A stretch of DNA of 64,000 nucleotides from Candidatus Poribacteria bacterium (GTDB lineage Bacteria; Poribacteria; WGA-4E; WGA-3G), in assembly GCA_965232545.1 (NCBI GenBank), contig OZ246979.1, positions 4,623,521 to 4,687,520 on the forward strand, read 5' to 3'. The translations under genes and the position numbers were made by a program. This document shows, one piece after another, positions 49,480-59,977 of the stretch (within the stretch, counting starts at the first letter, position 1; each line of letters opens with the position of its first letter). Under the pieces are notes generated by a model. It searched no databases. It was given only the letters and a program-made list of their open reading frames with translations, and had not been told where the DNA came from.

Positions 49480-50499
49480 ATGAACAAACTTGAGACACGC
49501 CTACTGACCGGAATAATGCTACTCGCAATCGTTGGCATTTTGGGTACCGTCCTACCGGCATTAGGAAATTGGAGTGTTTTACAAGAACGTGATCCAGAAG
49601 TTCGGGATTACATGTCAATAGCTTTTACAAGCATGAGTACGGGGTGGGTCGTCGGTGCTGCATCGTTTGAAGACTTTGAAAATCCCGGCTTTATCGGATA
49701 TACCATAGATGGTGGTAAATCATGGCAAAAATCGGAAATCAAAATTCCTGCCGATTTAGCAGAAGTGTACTTCCTTGATGATAAACACGGTTGGGCTGTC
49801 GGTGCGAATGGAGCAATTGTCAGTACCAATAACGGTAGAGACTGGGAAATGCAAACCAGCAAGGTTGGCAACGGACTTAAAGGCATCTATTTTATTACTA
49901 AAGAGACCGGGTACGCAGTAGGAGAAAGCGACACTATCCTTTCTACAAAAAATGGCGGGCGCTCATGGAAGATTCTTCAAGGTGGGCAACTCGGTGCGAT
50001 TGGTGATGATGACGCGAATATGTACAATGCCATTCAATTTTTTGGGGAAGAGATCGGATGGATCGCCGGAGTCCGCGTGAGTCCGAGTACACAGGGACAA
50101 CACGCCTTGATTCAGAAAACGATGGATGGTGGACAGACTTGGGTCACACAACCGACTAACAGAGAGGACATCCTTGAAGACATCTTTTTCCTTGATGCGT
50201 CAATGGGTTGGGCTGTTGGTGAAAATGGTGTAATCCTTCATACCAGCGACGGCGGCGAATCATGGAAAGATCAAGTGAGTGGCACAGAAGAAACACTACG
50301 GAGTGTTGGGTTCGCAGATGAGGAGAACGGTTGGGCCGTTGGTGGCGACTTTGGGGTCGGTGCCATTCTGCGTACCAGTGATGGTGGTGAAAATTGGGAA
50401 CTTGAAGATTCCAGGGAAAAATTAGTCAAAGTTTTTGTGCTTGACGGACAAAATGTGTGGGTAGCGAGTTCCACGGGTGCTATAATGCAAGCAGAATAA
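49480..50499 (+). CDS. Ycf48-like / BNR-repeat beta-propeller protein
   Basis: N-terminal TM/signal region. Six or more DGG(K/R/Q/E)SW repeats (DGGKSW, NNGRDW, KNGGRSW, MDGGQTW, SDGGESW, SDGGENW). Confidence 0.55.
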   Translation: MNKLETRLLTGIMLLAIVGILGTVLPALGNWSVLQERDPEVRDYMSIAFTSMSTGWVVGAASFEDFENPGFIGYTIDGGKSWQKSEIKIPADLAEVYFLDDKHGWAVGANGAIVSTNNGRDWEMQTSKVGNGLKGIYFITKETGYAVGESDTILSTKNGGRSWKILQGGQLGAIGDDDANMYNAIQFFGEEIGWIAGVRVSPSTQGQHALIQKTMDGGQTWVTQPTNREDILEDIFFLDASMGWAVGENGVILHTSDGGESWKDQVSGTEETLRSVGFADEENGWAVGGDFGVGAILRTSDGGENWELEDSREKLVKVFVLDGQNVWVASSTGAIMQAE

Positions 50500-50500
50500 A

Positions 50501-50608
50501 TAGCCGTCAGCGGTCGGCTTGCAGCCATCAGTGACCCTTGTGATAGGTGAAAACGTTCGCAGTACCTACGACGGTTACTGACAACTGACAGCCGATAGCC
50601 GATAGCCA
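50501..50608. repeat. Composite palindromic 7-bp-repeat element
   Basis: CCGTCAG-CGGTCGG…CCATCAG … spacer … ACTGACA-ACTGACA-GCCGATA-GCCGATA. Confidence 0.5.
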
Positions 50609-51799
50609 ATGCGCGGAGGTATAATTTTGGAAATATCCACATTCGCAACGCGGATGAGTCGATTAGGCACGGAATCCGCATTTGAAGTCTTAGCGAAAGC
50701 CAAACAGTTAGAGGCACAGGGCAAAGATATCATCCATCTGGAAATAGGACAGCCGGATTTTCCGACACCGATTAATATTATTGAGGCAGCGTACAAAGCA
50801 ATGAAGGACGGGCATACCGGCTACTGCCCATCTGCTGGTGTGCCGGAGTTTCGAGAGGTCGTCGCACAACATATAACTGAGACACGTGGTGTTACCATAC
50901 ACCCTGACGAAGTTACAGTGACACCCGGAGCGAAACCTATTATTTTCTTCACTATTTTGGCACTCATTGATGATGGTGATGAGGTCATCTATCCCGAACC
51001 CGGTTTCCCCGTCTACGAATCTGTTATCGACTTCATCGGCGGAAATGCCGTACCGCTACCCCTTCGCGAGGAGGTAGGCTTCCGATTCCGGCTTGAAGAT
51101 CTTGAAGCGGCAATCTCTGATCGGACGAAATTACTTATCCTCAACTCACCTCAGAATCCTACAGGTGGTACGCTCACCCTTCAAGACCTTGAAGCAATCG
51201 CCGAACTCGCACAGAAACACAATTTTTATGTGTTGACAGATGAAGTCTATTCACGCATCCTCTACGAAGGTGAACACCATAGCGTTCTCAGTCTGCCCGG
51301 TATGAAGGAACGAACAATCCTGATCGAAGGGCATTCTAAAACCTATGCAATGACAGGATGGCGGTTAGGCTATGGTATTGCTCCCCAAGAAATCGCTGAT
51401 AAAATCACGCAGTTAACTATTAACTCTAATTCCTGTACTGCCACCTTCACACAAATCGCTGGGATAGAGGCGCTGACAGGACCACAAGTCTCTGTTACCC
51501 AAATGGTTTCAGAATTTCAGAAACGACGCAACGCAATAGTAGATGGACTGAATGCAATTGAAGGCGTCAGCTGCATCAAACCGCTCGGTGCCTTCTATGT
51601 GTTTCCTAACGTTACGCAACTACCACTTTCATGTGAACCACTCGCCGACTATCTCATGGATGAAGCGGATGTTGCCCTGTTGCCTGGTACCTCTTTTGGC
51701 AAATATGGTGATGGATATCTCCGTCTCTCGTATGCTAATTCGTTAGATAATATCCAAGAGGCATTAGGCAGAATGGAAACTGCAATCTCGAAGTTGTAG
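50609..51799 (+). CDS. Class I/II PLP-dependent aminotransferase (aspartate aminotransferase-like)
   Basis: GQPDFPTP…GHSKTYAMTGWRLGY (PLP Lys). Start could instead be TTG 50627 just after TATAAT 50619-24. Confidence 0.8.
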   Translation: MRGGIILEISTFATRMSRLGTESAFEVLAKAKQLEAQGKDIIHLEIGQPDFPTPINIIEAAYKAMKDGHTGYCPSAGVPEFREVVAQHITETRGVTIHPDEVTVTPGAKPIIFFTILALIDDGDEVIYPEPGFPVYESVIDFIGGNAVPLPLREEVGFRFRLEDLEAAISDRTKLLILNSPQNPTGGTLTLQDLEAIAELAQKHNFYVLTDEVYSRILYEGEHHSVLSLPGMKERTILIEGHSKTYAMTGWRLGYGIAPQEIADKITQLTINSNSCTATFTQIAGIEALTGPQVSVTQMVSEFQKRRNAIVDGLNAIEGVSCIKPLGAFYVFPNVTQLPLSCEPLADYLMDEADVALLPGTSFGKYGDGYLRLSYANSLDNIQEALGRMETAISKL

Positions 51800-51852
51800 C
51801 CAATAGTTATCAGTTATTGGAGGAACACACGTCAAACTCGAAACGTCCGGTG

Positions 51853-51876
51853 TTCCTCCGCAAGGTATAATTAAAA
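51853..51876 (+). promoter_or_regulatory. Upstream module copy before thrB
   Basis: TTCCTCCGCAAGGTATAATTAAAA-ATG, preceded by inverted repeat GGAGGAACAC…GTGTTCCTCC. Confidence 0.5.
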
Positions 51877-52794
51877 ATGTCTCCTACTTTTGACCGAAAA
51901 GCTACCGCGCGGATCCCAGCAAGCACAACGAATCTGGGACCCGGATTCGATGTCTTAGGGCTCGCTCTCCAGCTCTATAGCACAGTTACGTTGGAACCGT
52001 CTGAAACCGACACCAAAGTTATTGTGAGCGGCGTAGATGCCGATAAAATCCCAAGTACGCCGGCGCATGTCGCGTTTCAAGCGGTGGAGCTTGTTTTTCA
52101 TCGAAGCGGAGCGGAACGTCCGAAGGGCTTTAAATTACAGATCGAAAATGGGATACCTGCGATTCGAGGTCTCGGCGGCAGTGGAACAGCGATTCTTGGT
52201 GGCTTGCTCACTGCAAACGCACTCTGTGGTACTCCATTTTCTAACCCAGAACTCCTCAACTTTGCGACTGAACTTGAAGGGCATCCGGATAACGTTGCCG
52301 CCTCATTGTATGGTGGACTCGTCGTTTCCGCACAGGAGGATGCTCAGGTTCATACTGTTCGATTAGAATGTCCGTCCCTCCTTTCGATTGTACTGGCAAT
52401 TCCCGATTTCCCACTGTCAACAGAACAGGCACGAGGGGTGCTACCAACGTCAGTGGGTTTCGCAGATGCAATCTACAATACAAGCCGGAGCACACTGCTA
52501 ATCGCCAGCATTGCCACGAGGCAATTTGAAATGTTGCGTGTTGCAATGAAAGATAGGTTGCATCAGCCTTATCGGACTTCGCTGATTCCAGGATTTGATG
52601 ATGTGGCGGAAGCCGCGACCACCGCTGGAGCACTTAGCGTGGCATTGAGTGGAGCAGGACCCACTGTCGCAGCCTATTGTCTTGAGCACACGGAACAGGT
52701 TGCTGAGAAGATGCAAGTTGCCTTCAAAAAGCACCAGATTGTGGCGGATATTAAAATTTTGAAGCCAGATGCTCGCGGAGCAACCGTTTTTTAA
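51877..52794 (+). CDS. thrB: Homoserine kinase
   Basis: GHMP kinase motifs IPASTTNLGPGFDVLGLAL and GLGGSGTA. ATG abuts CCGCAAGGTATAATTAAAA. Confidence 0.8.
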   Translation: MSPTFDRKATARIPASTTNLGPGFDVLGLALQLYSTVTLEPSETDTKVIVSGVDADKIPSTPAHVAFQAVELVFHRSGAERPKGFKLQIENGIPAIRGLGGSGTAILGGLLTANALCGTPFSNPELLNFATELEGHPDNVAASLYGGLVVSAQEDAQVHTVRLECPSLLSIVLAIPDFPLSTEQARGVLPTSVGFADAIYNTSRSTLLIASIATRQFEMLRVAMKDRLHQPYRTSLIPGFDDVAEAATTAGALSVALSGAGPTVAAYCLEHTEQVAEKMQVAFKKHQIVADIKILKPDARGATVF

Positions 52795-52816
52795 ACTATT
52801 AAATCTGGGCACCACT

Positions 52817-52917
52817 TTTAATAGTTGTCAGTTTTCAGTCGTCGGTTAAGAGGTTTCGTTTAACAATACCCTCTTGTAACCGATAGCCGATAACCGACAA
52901 CCGATAACCAGTAAAAA
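52817..52917. repeat. Composite palindromic 7-bp-repeat element with the same architecture as 43093-43232
   Basis: TAGTTGTCAGTTTTCAGTCGTCGGTT - AAGAGG…CCTCTT - GTAACCGATAGCCGATAACCGACAACCGATAACC, abutting the ATPase-homolog ATG. Confidence 0.55.
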
Positions 52918-52918
52918 C

Positions 52919-55798
52919 ATGTCAAATTTTCATGCGGAAAACATTGCATCAATACTAAATAAATTCGACTCCAACATGGAGCAGGGACTGAGTGCCGAAG
53001 CCTTTCAGAGAGCGAAAGCACAGCATGGTAAGAACGAAGTGTCCCCAGAGGAAGACGCTTTTCCTTTTAAAGCGTTTCTGAAATCGTTGCTCACGTGGCG
53101 TGTGATTGTTTTGGGAATCGGGACGGTCATCCTTGGAGTTTCCTTAGTCAACGGTACGAGTAACGTTACGGTCCATACAGTAGGCGTTGTCGGGGCAGTT
53201 TTGGTTATTCATGCCGTATCCGCATACATGATGGAACATCGCATTCGCAGTCGTGATACTAACCATAATAAACTCATGGTGCATAGTGTCAAGGTTATTC
53301 GACAAGGGAAATTAGATGAATGCGCGCCAGAGGACATTGTACCTGGGGACCTACTCCCTTTTAGTGCAGGAGACTATGTGCCCGCTGATGCCAGGATCAT
53401 TGAATCAGAAGGTCTTATGATTGACGAGTCCGTCCTCTTTGGCACCGAGGAACCTGTGCATAAGGTTGGGACGGATATTCAAGATAGTACTTTACCGCCT
53501 CAAGAACAGAAAAACATGGCGTTTGGCGGGACGTATGTTGTAGCAGGACATGGATTTGCAATTGTTGTTCAGACAGGAAGACAGTTGGAAATATGGAAAC
53601 AACGTCCGGATGCGCACCCAACGTTCGCTGCGAAGACCCGCGCTGAAATTGAGACGAGAGGTTTATATACCGCTCTAAAAGTTGTAGGTATGGTTGTGGG
53701 AGGTGTGGCTGTCGCAATCGCGTGGTGGTTTGAATATCAGAATCATGCTACCGATTGGCAATCTCTAATCCATTTAGGAATGATATTTGTTATCGCATCT
53801 GCCCCCCAAGATGTGATTCAGCTGCTCCGTTTATTCTTTTCTAAACACGCCCAAAGATTGTTGGAAAAAGGGGTTGTACTAAGAAATTCACGTAGCCTTG
53901 AAAAACTAAGTCGTATTACCACTTTTTTTGCGAATGAAAACGGGCTTTCCACCACACGTTCCCTAACAATTTCAAATATTTTTGTTGATGAACAACTGAT
54001 TGATGGTAAAACATGGAACGCATGGTTAAATTCTCTTAAAGAGCTTACCCCTGCAAAGCGGCAAGAAGTGATTGAGACAATGTCACCTGGTGGAAAAATA
54101 CCACAGGGTGCCCCCCACTTAATGTTTACGGCAGGACTTGGTACTTCTGATGGGCAGAATACCGACGGTGCCGACCCCCTTAACACACGGTCAGCTTCAG
54201 AAGCTATGTCTTCCGAAATGGGACCGTCCCCTCAGATTGCCATCCAACAGGATGTGAAAAAACTCGGCTACCAACTCGAAGGTGTGAAGGCTCGACTTCC
54301 GTTAGTGAACACGTATCCCTTTACGCGAAACTACCCCTATCAAATGCAAGTATTCGAGTCAGCCCCAGAGGATTATCTTAATATCATCTTTGGAGATGCT
54401 CGAACAGTACTTGACACCTGCGGTTATGTACTCATTAATGGCGAAGCTGCACCCTTATCAGATGACAGATACGAAATGTATCATGAAATCATAGATTATC
54501 TGATGAATACCAAGGCGCAGGTTTATGGCGTAGCCTTTCATTCCTCTGATGTTATTCTGAAACCGCAGGAAATGGAATACAATCCCATTTTTTTAGGGTT
54601 TATCAGTTTTTCTGTCAACAATGATGAACGGACGAAGGCAGTCCTGAAGTCCAGCCTTGATACTGGACTTAAAATTATTCTCATCACTGAAAACGAGGAA
54701 CAAGAAACAGTCGATCTCGCGAAGGATCTTGGGCTTATCCACAACCGAAAAGCAGTGGTGTCGGCGGCGGAACTTGACGCTGTCTCGCGTGAACAACTCG
54801 ATGGTGAAACAGCAAAGTGGACTGCTTATTCGCAACCAACGTGGCATCAACGTCGGAATATCGTCCTCAGTTTAAAACGTCAGGGACATGCAGTAGGATT
54901 TCTGGGTCAAAGTAGAAAAGATCTCCGAGCAATGACCGTTGCGGATATTACGCTTGCGAATAGAATTGATGCATCACATGTTGTGCAAGCCGCAGCCGAT
55001 GGACTCATTAACAGCGGAGGCTTCCAAGCTATCAGAGATGCACTGCTTCATGCTCGTGAGGCGTATCATAACGCCGCCGGTTTTCTACGGTGGAATTTCT
55101 CTTGTACACTCTCCCTACTCCTCACACTGACTTTCGGGACGGTGCTACACTATCTCTATAAGATGCCTATGCCGTTGACGTTAACACAGATGATTTGGAC
55201 CCAATTTCTCCTGACCCTATTACCGTCATTGGTTATAGGCACGGAACGGATATTTGCTGATGCCAATGATACCAATCGGCATCACCGTCCAACCCTATTT
55301 TCAGGATCGCGCTTCCTTTCAAAAACGACAGGTGTAGACCTCGTTTGCCGCGCTGTGACTGTTAGCCTGATGACAATCATTCCGTTCTTCTTTATTTTAT
55401 GGCGTTCGCCTGGGTTGTCAGACACATTCGGTGTTTCGACATTGATGACAGATGTCCTTTCAATTGGAGATGTGGGGGATCCGAATGCTCTGGATATCGC
55501 AATCGCGCGAACGGCAGCCTGTACTACGCTTATTTTCACTCAACTATCTACATGTTGGCAAGCTTTACGCTATCCATGGGAACCCCTCGTTCAGAGGGTA
55601 CTCGCGAATTCTCGTCTCATCATTATTTCGCTTGTGATTATAGCACTCCATTTGACAACGCTCTATGTCGAACCTGTGGCACAATTTTTTGGAATGGTGC
55701 GCCTCAAATGGGAATGGCAATGGACACTCCTGTTTAGTCTAACATTACTGCTATTACCACTGAATTTGGCAATAGGTTCGCGTCCGGATGAGAATTAA
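52919..55798 (+). CDS. P-type ATPase homolog with all catalytic motifs degenerate (putative pseudoenzyme)
   Basis: Cation_ATPase_N-like start (LSAEAFQRAKAQHGKNEV) and 8-10 TM helices. Signature positions read FGTEEP for TGES, PQDV for PEGL, ANENGLSTT for DKTGTLT, ITEN for TGD, and LGQSRKD for GDGVND. Confidence 0.6.
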   Translation: MSNFHAENIASILNKFDSNMEQGLSAEAFQRAKAQHGKNEVSPEEDAFPFKAFLKSLLTWRVIVLGIGTVILGVSLVNGTSNVTVHTVGVVGAVLVIHAVSAYMMEHRIRSRDTNHNKLMVHSVKVIRQGKLDECAPEDIVPGDLLPFSAGDYVPADARIIESEGLMIDESVLFGTEEPVHKVGTDIQDSTLPPQEQKNMAFGGTYVVAGHGFAIVVQTGRQLEIWKQRPDAHPTFAAKTRAEIETRGLYTALKVVGMVVGGVAVAIAWWFEYQNHATDWQSLIHLGMIFVIASAPQDVIQLLRLFFSKHAQRLLEKGVVLRNSRSLEKLSRITTFFANENGLSTTRSLTISNIFVDEQLIDGKTWNAWLNSLKELTPAKRQEVIETMSPGGKIPQGAPHLMFTAGLGTSDGQNTDGADPLNTRSASEAMSSEMGPSPQIAIQQDVKKLGYQLEGVKARLPLVNTYPFTRNYPYQMQVFESAPEDYLNIIFGDARTVLDTCGYVLINGEAAPLSDDRYEMYHEIIDYLMNTKAQVYGVAFHSSDVILKPQEMEYNPIFLGFISFSVNNDERTKAVLKSSLDTGLKIILITENEEQETVDLAKDLGLIHNRKAVVSAAELDAVSREQLDGETAKWTAYSQPTWHQRRNIVLSLKRQGHAVGFLGQSRKDLRAMTVADITLANRIDASHVVQAAADGLINSGGFQAIRDALLHAREAYHNAAGFLRWNFSCTLSLLLTLTFGTVLHYLYKMPMPLTLTQMIWTQFLLTLLPSLVIGTERIFADANDTNRHHRPTLFSGSRFLSKTTGVDLVCRAVTVSLMTIIPFFFILWRSPGLSDTFGVSTLMTDVLSIGDVGDPNALDIAIARTAACTTLIFTQLSTCWQALRYPWEPLVQRVLANSRLIIISLVIIALHLTTLYVEPVAQFFGMVRLKWEWQWTLLFSLTLLLLPLNLAIGSRPDEN

Positions 55799-55878
55799 AA
55801 AACGCGTAACTTGAAACGGGGTGGAGTGTCGATTTGCTAACTTCCGTAACCGAACCCCAAAGAACATTAAAAATCCTG

Positions 55879-57933
55879 CTACACCCAAAACCCGTAGGTC
55901 GGGATACCCGCGATAATCCCTAAGATTGTCCAGAGACTCCCCACTGTAAATTCTCCCAAGATTAACCCTAAGAAAAAGGGGGCTATCTTGCGGTGCCGAA
56001 TGACGCCGCCGTACTGAAGAATAAGCCATTTGATTAACCAACTCATGAAGAGGCAACTCCACGTAACGTTCATACCCCAGCTTGTAGAGATAGCGAACCC
56101 TGCGGGGTGAAATGGCCACCAAACGAATCGCATCCGAAAGAACATCAGCACTGTTGTCAGCAGAAACCCAATGCCCATGAATCCACTTTCAGGGATAAGT
56201 GTCTCTTCTGGGGCTTGCAACCATCCCGCAAGGCGACGATACGGCTCTATCCCAAAAGCACTCAAGGAGGGCCAGTACGCACGCACCTCCATGCCTAATC
56301 GATAACCTCGGTCTATTAATGCCCAAAATCCTGCTAATGATCCCAAAATAGTTGCCAGTGTTAAGGCGAAAATGATACGATTCATCTTCATGTTGGTCCG
56401 TTCCATGATCTTGAAACCTTCTAACTGATGCGGCATCGGGTGACTCCGATGTGCCCGATTAATGAACCAAAACATAGAGAACATAATGAGGTTGCTTCTC
56501 CCCAATCGACGTGTTCCAACAGTCCGAGTCAGAATTTCATCAGGACCGGAATAGTGCAGATCATGCACAGGTGTCCCCAGTTCGGCGCGCATCCGGGTTA
56601 TGGCGATCGAAATCATATAATAGATAACGAAAAATGCGAACATCACCCAAAGTTCAGCACCGCCATAGTAGCAGAAAAGCACAAGGAATACCATTACCGC
56701 AATAAGACCGAGCGTCGCCCCGCGATAGGACATCGGTTCCTGCCGGGTGTCCCCCGAAACCCTATCCTGTAGGAGGGGTTTGTAACCCCGATTCCTCAAT
56801 CCAAAAACGGTTTTCGCTACATCCAATAGATGTTTGCGACTTGCCCAGATAGCTAAAACGCACAGCGCAAGGTAACCACCTGATGCTTGCTCGTTCATGT
56901 AAGGAAAACGGGGTAGACTCCGTAGTCCAAGGGCGGCACCGAGAACCCGCATAAACCGCCAATACCAAAAGAAAAACCAGCATGAGAACGAAAGGTCAAG
57001 CGGGATGAAGAAACCGAGCCCGATTGCAAACGGGTAGAGTGAAAATGGGATCCGCCCCATAGCGTTCCAAGGGCTCTCTGTAAAGATTTGGAAACTTCGC
57101 ACGCGTGTCCGTAGTTCAGGTAAAATCGGATACAGAAAGTTAACACCATTCCACAGTGCGAGCGCACCAGCAATCCCAAAACCGAGCCACATCAATTTAT
57201 TCTGGAATAGGCGATTCTGTGGTGTCTCTGTCAATTGAAGGGGGAGTTGAATTATCGGGTAGCTTAATTTCTCATGTTCGATCCATTGTTTACGAACAAT
57301 TATATTGATGCAAAGCATACCGAAAATCAACATAGTAATGAAGGCGGTCCACCAGAGTACGGGCGTTGCCCAGCCGAGCAGTGTTTCAACTGTGTAGAGA
57401 GGTAACTCACCCTCATAATAACCGTATAAGAGGGTTGTGTTGCTGACGGTGAGCCACTTTGGCAGGAAAGGAACAAATAACTGTTGCCATTCATTTTCCG
57501 GAGTCACAAAGCGGAAGGCATGCCCTAACATCGGCACCAGAATCTCGAGCATATCGTGCCCAGTAATTCCCGAAGCGATGGAAAGCATTAGGTAAACAAC
57601 GACTAACTCGCTTTGTGCTAATGCCAAACTGGGGACAAAACGGCGTAATAGGGAGTTTACGCCGATAATCATGAACAGGCTGAAGATCACATTGAAAAAG
57701 AGGGAAATGGTCACAGGATGACCTGAATACCGAATAACCTCCATCTCAATAACCCAGTAGCAGTTAATCGGTATGAGAATAACAGCAATCAGAATAGATT
57801 TGAGTGTGACACCGTGGGCAGGGATTCGTGATGATGTTAGCGAAGCGGAAGTTTCAAATTTTTTAATTATTCCTTGCGGTTCGTTGAGGCAGGTTTGATG
57901 AATGAAGCGCCTTTTCGTAGAACCGCCCTCCAC
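55879..57933 (-). CDS. Large polytopic membrane protein of unknown function
   Basis: 684-aa ORF with at least 14 hydrophobic helices. The upstream-module sequence lies inside the annotated N-terminus (NEPQGIIKKFETS), so the true start is probably further downstream and remains uncertain. Confidence 0.45.
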   Translation of the reverse strand: MEGGSTKRRFIHQTCLNEPQGIIKKFETSASLTSSRIPAHGVTLKSILIAVILIPINCYWVIEMEVIRYSGHPVTISLFFNVIFSLFMIIGVNSLLRRFVPSLALAQSELVVVYLMLSIASGITGHDMLEILVPMLGHAFRFVTPENEWQQLFVPFLPKWLTVSNTTLLYGYYEGELPLYTVETLLGWATPVLWWTAFITMLIFGMLCINIIVRKQWIEHEKLSYPIIQLPLQLTETPQNRLFQNKLMWLGFGIAGALALWNGVNFLYPILPELRTRVRSFQIFTESPWNAMGRIPFSLYPFAIGLGFFIPLDLSFSCWFFFWYWRFMRVLGAALGLRSLPRFPYMNEQASGGYLALCVLAIWASRKHLLDVAKTVFGLRNRGYKPLLQDRVSGDTRQEPMSYRGATLGLIAVMVFLVLFCYYGGAELWVMFAFFVIYYMISIAITRMRAELGTPVHDLHYSGPDEILTRTVGTRRLGRSNLIMFSMFWFINRAHRSHPMPHQLEGFKIMERTNMKMNRIIFALTLATILGSLAGFWALIDRGYRLGMEVRAYWPSLSAFGIEPYRRLAGWLQAPEETLIPESGFMGIGFLLTTVLMFFRMRFVWWPFHPAGFAISTSWGMNVTWSCLFMSWLIKWLILQYGGVIRHRKIAPFFLGLILGEFTVGSLWTILGIIAGIPTYGFWV
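56768..56799. repeat. REP-like hairpin repeat, GTAGGAG family
   Basis: TGTAGGAGGGGTTTGTAACCCCGATTCCTC. Confidence 0.55.
57860..57884 (-). promoter_or_regulatory. Upstream module copy inside/at the 5' end of the 684-aa membrane protein ORF
   Basis: rc reads CAACGAACCGCAAGGAATAATTAAAAAATTTG. No ATG follows directly. Confidence 0.4.
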
Positions 57934-58365
57934 TTCGTTACGGGCTGCGCGTCAGTGATTAAGAATTTGCACATAGATAGACTGCAAGTTTGATAGTAGA
58001 TGGATACGTATTATTTTGGCGATCGCTACAAACGCCCGACCGCTATCTGTGAATATTCCTCAATCAATTTATCACACTTTTTTCAACAAGTCAACTTTAA
58101 AATCTCTTATACTTCTTAAGCCATCAATCGTATCGGCATCGTACTGAATAGGGCCAGTGTCGATTTTTTTTCAAGAATCCTTTCGGTTATCAGGTACAAA
58201 GAGTGTTAGGCGTATCATATCCGTCTTTTAACTGACTGCTGATTGCTAACGACTGACGGCTAATTACTGACTTTTTTAAATAACGTTTCCATGTTATAAT
58301 GGATGTCGCAATATGGCATTGCAGGTTGTGCCTAAATTGCATCTGTAACAACTTAGGATACAAAT

Positions 58366-59169
58366 ATGAAGCCATTCCACTATATTAAAAATCGAGTTGA
58401 GCGATTTTTTTACAATGCTTATCAGCGGCGTTTGGAATCCGAAGCCAATGCCTGGAAAATCCCACGCCATATTGGTGTAATTTTAGATGGGAACCGTCGG
58501 TATGCGAAAGCCAGTGGATTTGGAGATATCATCGAAGGACACCACGAGGGGGCAAACAAACTTGAAGAGGTGCTCCATTGGTGCGACGAACTCGGCGTTG
58601 AAATTTTCTCAATCTGGATTTTCTCCCTTGATAATTTCAAACGCGCGGCACATGAAGTGGAAGGAATTCTCGGACTTATTGAAAGGAAAATGCGGGAGCT
58701 CGTTACTATTGAGGGACTCCATGCTAACCAGATTAAGGTGCGCGCGATGGGGCAGATAGGGCTGTTACCACCCAGTCTGCAAGAAGCGATTCGGGAAGCG
58801 GAAGAAGCAACAAAACATTACGACAAGTTTATCTTAAATGTCGCTGTCGCTTATGGGGGGCGAGAGGAAATCGTTGACGCCTTTCGCGGACACCTAAAAG
58901 TCGAGAGTGAGAGTGGTAAACCTGTCCACCAGATTGCAGACGAACTCACGGTGGATAAGATTACACCTTATCTTTACACCTCAAACCTTCCGGATCCTGA
59001 GTTAATCATTCGTACCAGTGGTGAGGTACGGTTATCCGGGTTTTTGCTTTGGCAGAGTGTTTACTCGGAATTCTATTTCTGCGATACTTATTGGCCCTCA
59101 TTTCGGAAGATTGACTTTCTTCGTGCTTTGCGTGCTTATAGCCAGCGAAAACGGCGATTTGGAACATGA
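58366..59169 (+). CDS. uppS: Isoprenyl transferase (UppS family cis-prenyltransferase)
   Basis: PRHIGVILDGNRRYA, FSLDNFKR and IRTSGEVRLSGFLLWQS motifs of UPP synthase. Confidence 0.75.
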   Translation: MKPFHYIKNRVERFFYNAYQRRLESEANAWKIPRHIGVILDGNRRYAKASGFGDIIEGHHEGANKLEEVLHWCDELGVEIFSIWIFSLDNFKRAAHEVEGILGLIERKMRELVTIEGLHANQIKVRAMGQIGLLPPSLQEAIREAEEATKHYDKFILNVAVAYGGREEIVDAFRGHLKVESESGKPVHQIADELTVDKITPYLYTSNLPDPELIIRTSGEVRLSGFLLWQSVYSEFYFCDTYWPSFRKIDFLRALRAYSQRKRRFGT

Positions 59170-59183
59170 AAAGGAGTAAATGT

Positions 59184-59951
59184 ATGAGATTTGGGGTTTG
59201 TACAGGCTTAGAGAATGTCAATCGGCTCGCAGAAGTTGGATATGACTACATTGAATTAGGCGTGCGTCCGGGATTGATGCCCGAGGCGGATGAGGCGGAA
59301 TTCCAGAAAATTCGTGAACAGGTAGCGAACGCGCCCTTAAAGCCGGAGTCTTACGCTGGCTTTATTCCGGGGGACTTGCGGGTCGTAGGCGACACCGTGG
59401 ACTTTCCACGTTTATCTCGTTATGTAGAGACTGCATGTCGTAGAGGCAGTGAAATTGGGGGTGAAGTTATCGTCTACGGCAGCAGCGGTTCGCGGAGTAT
59501 AGAAGAAGGCTATTCGCGCGAGCGGGCATTGGCGCAAATTGCTGAGTTCCTCGATATGGCGGCGGATCATGCCGAAGCGCACAACATGACGATTGTCATC
59601 GAACCCATTTGTTGGCGAGAGGGAAACATCCTTCGGACCGTCGCAGATGGACTCGCTATGGCAAAACGCGTGAATCGTCCGGGTATCAAGGCGTTGGCAG
59701 ACCTCTATCACATCCATCAGGAAGAAGAACCGATGCAAAACACCATCGACGCTGCTGAGTGGCTCGCGCATGTTCACATTGCGGAACCTGTCAAGCGTTC
59801 CTATCCGGGAAACGACGATTTCGATTTCACAGATTTCTTCGCGGCACTCCAAAAAGCGGGCTATGACGGTCGCGTCTCCTGCGAGTGCAAGTTTGACAAT
59901 TTTGACGAGGATGTTGAGGTAGCTTTGGAAACCATGAAAACGTATGTCTAA
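59184..59951 (+). CDS. Sugar phosphate isomerase/epimerase (xylose isomerase-like TIM barrel)
   Basis: SD AAAAGGAG 7 nt upstream of ATG 59184. IEL…HVHIAEP metal-site-like residues typical of the AP_endonuc_2 fold. Confidence 0.65.
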   Translation: MRFGVCTGLENVNRLAEVGYDYIELGVRPGLMPEADEAEFQKIREQVANAPLKPESYAGFIPGDLRVVGDTVDFPRLSRYVETACRRGSEIGGEVIVYGSSGSRSIEEGYSRERALAQIAEFLDMAADHAEAHNMTIVIEPICWREGNILRTVADGLAMAKRVNRPGIKALADLYHIHQEEEPMQNTIDAAEWLAHVHIAEPVKRSYPGNDDFDFTDFFAALQKAGYDGRVSCECKFDNFDEDVEVALETMKTYV

Positions 59952-59977
59952 CATATTTTTAACGTAGGGGCAGCCCC

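Noticed and set aside
55846-55878. Degenerate upstream-module copy (CGAACCCCAAAGAACATTAAAAATCC) followed by a 16-codon ORF
   Set aside because: No credible gene follows. It sits at the 3' end of the convergent 684-aa membrane protein gene and is likely an orphan or decayed copy.
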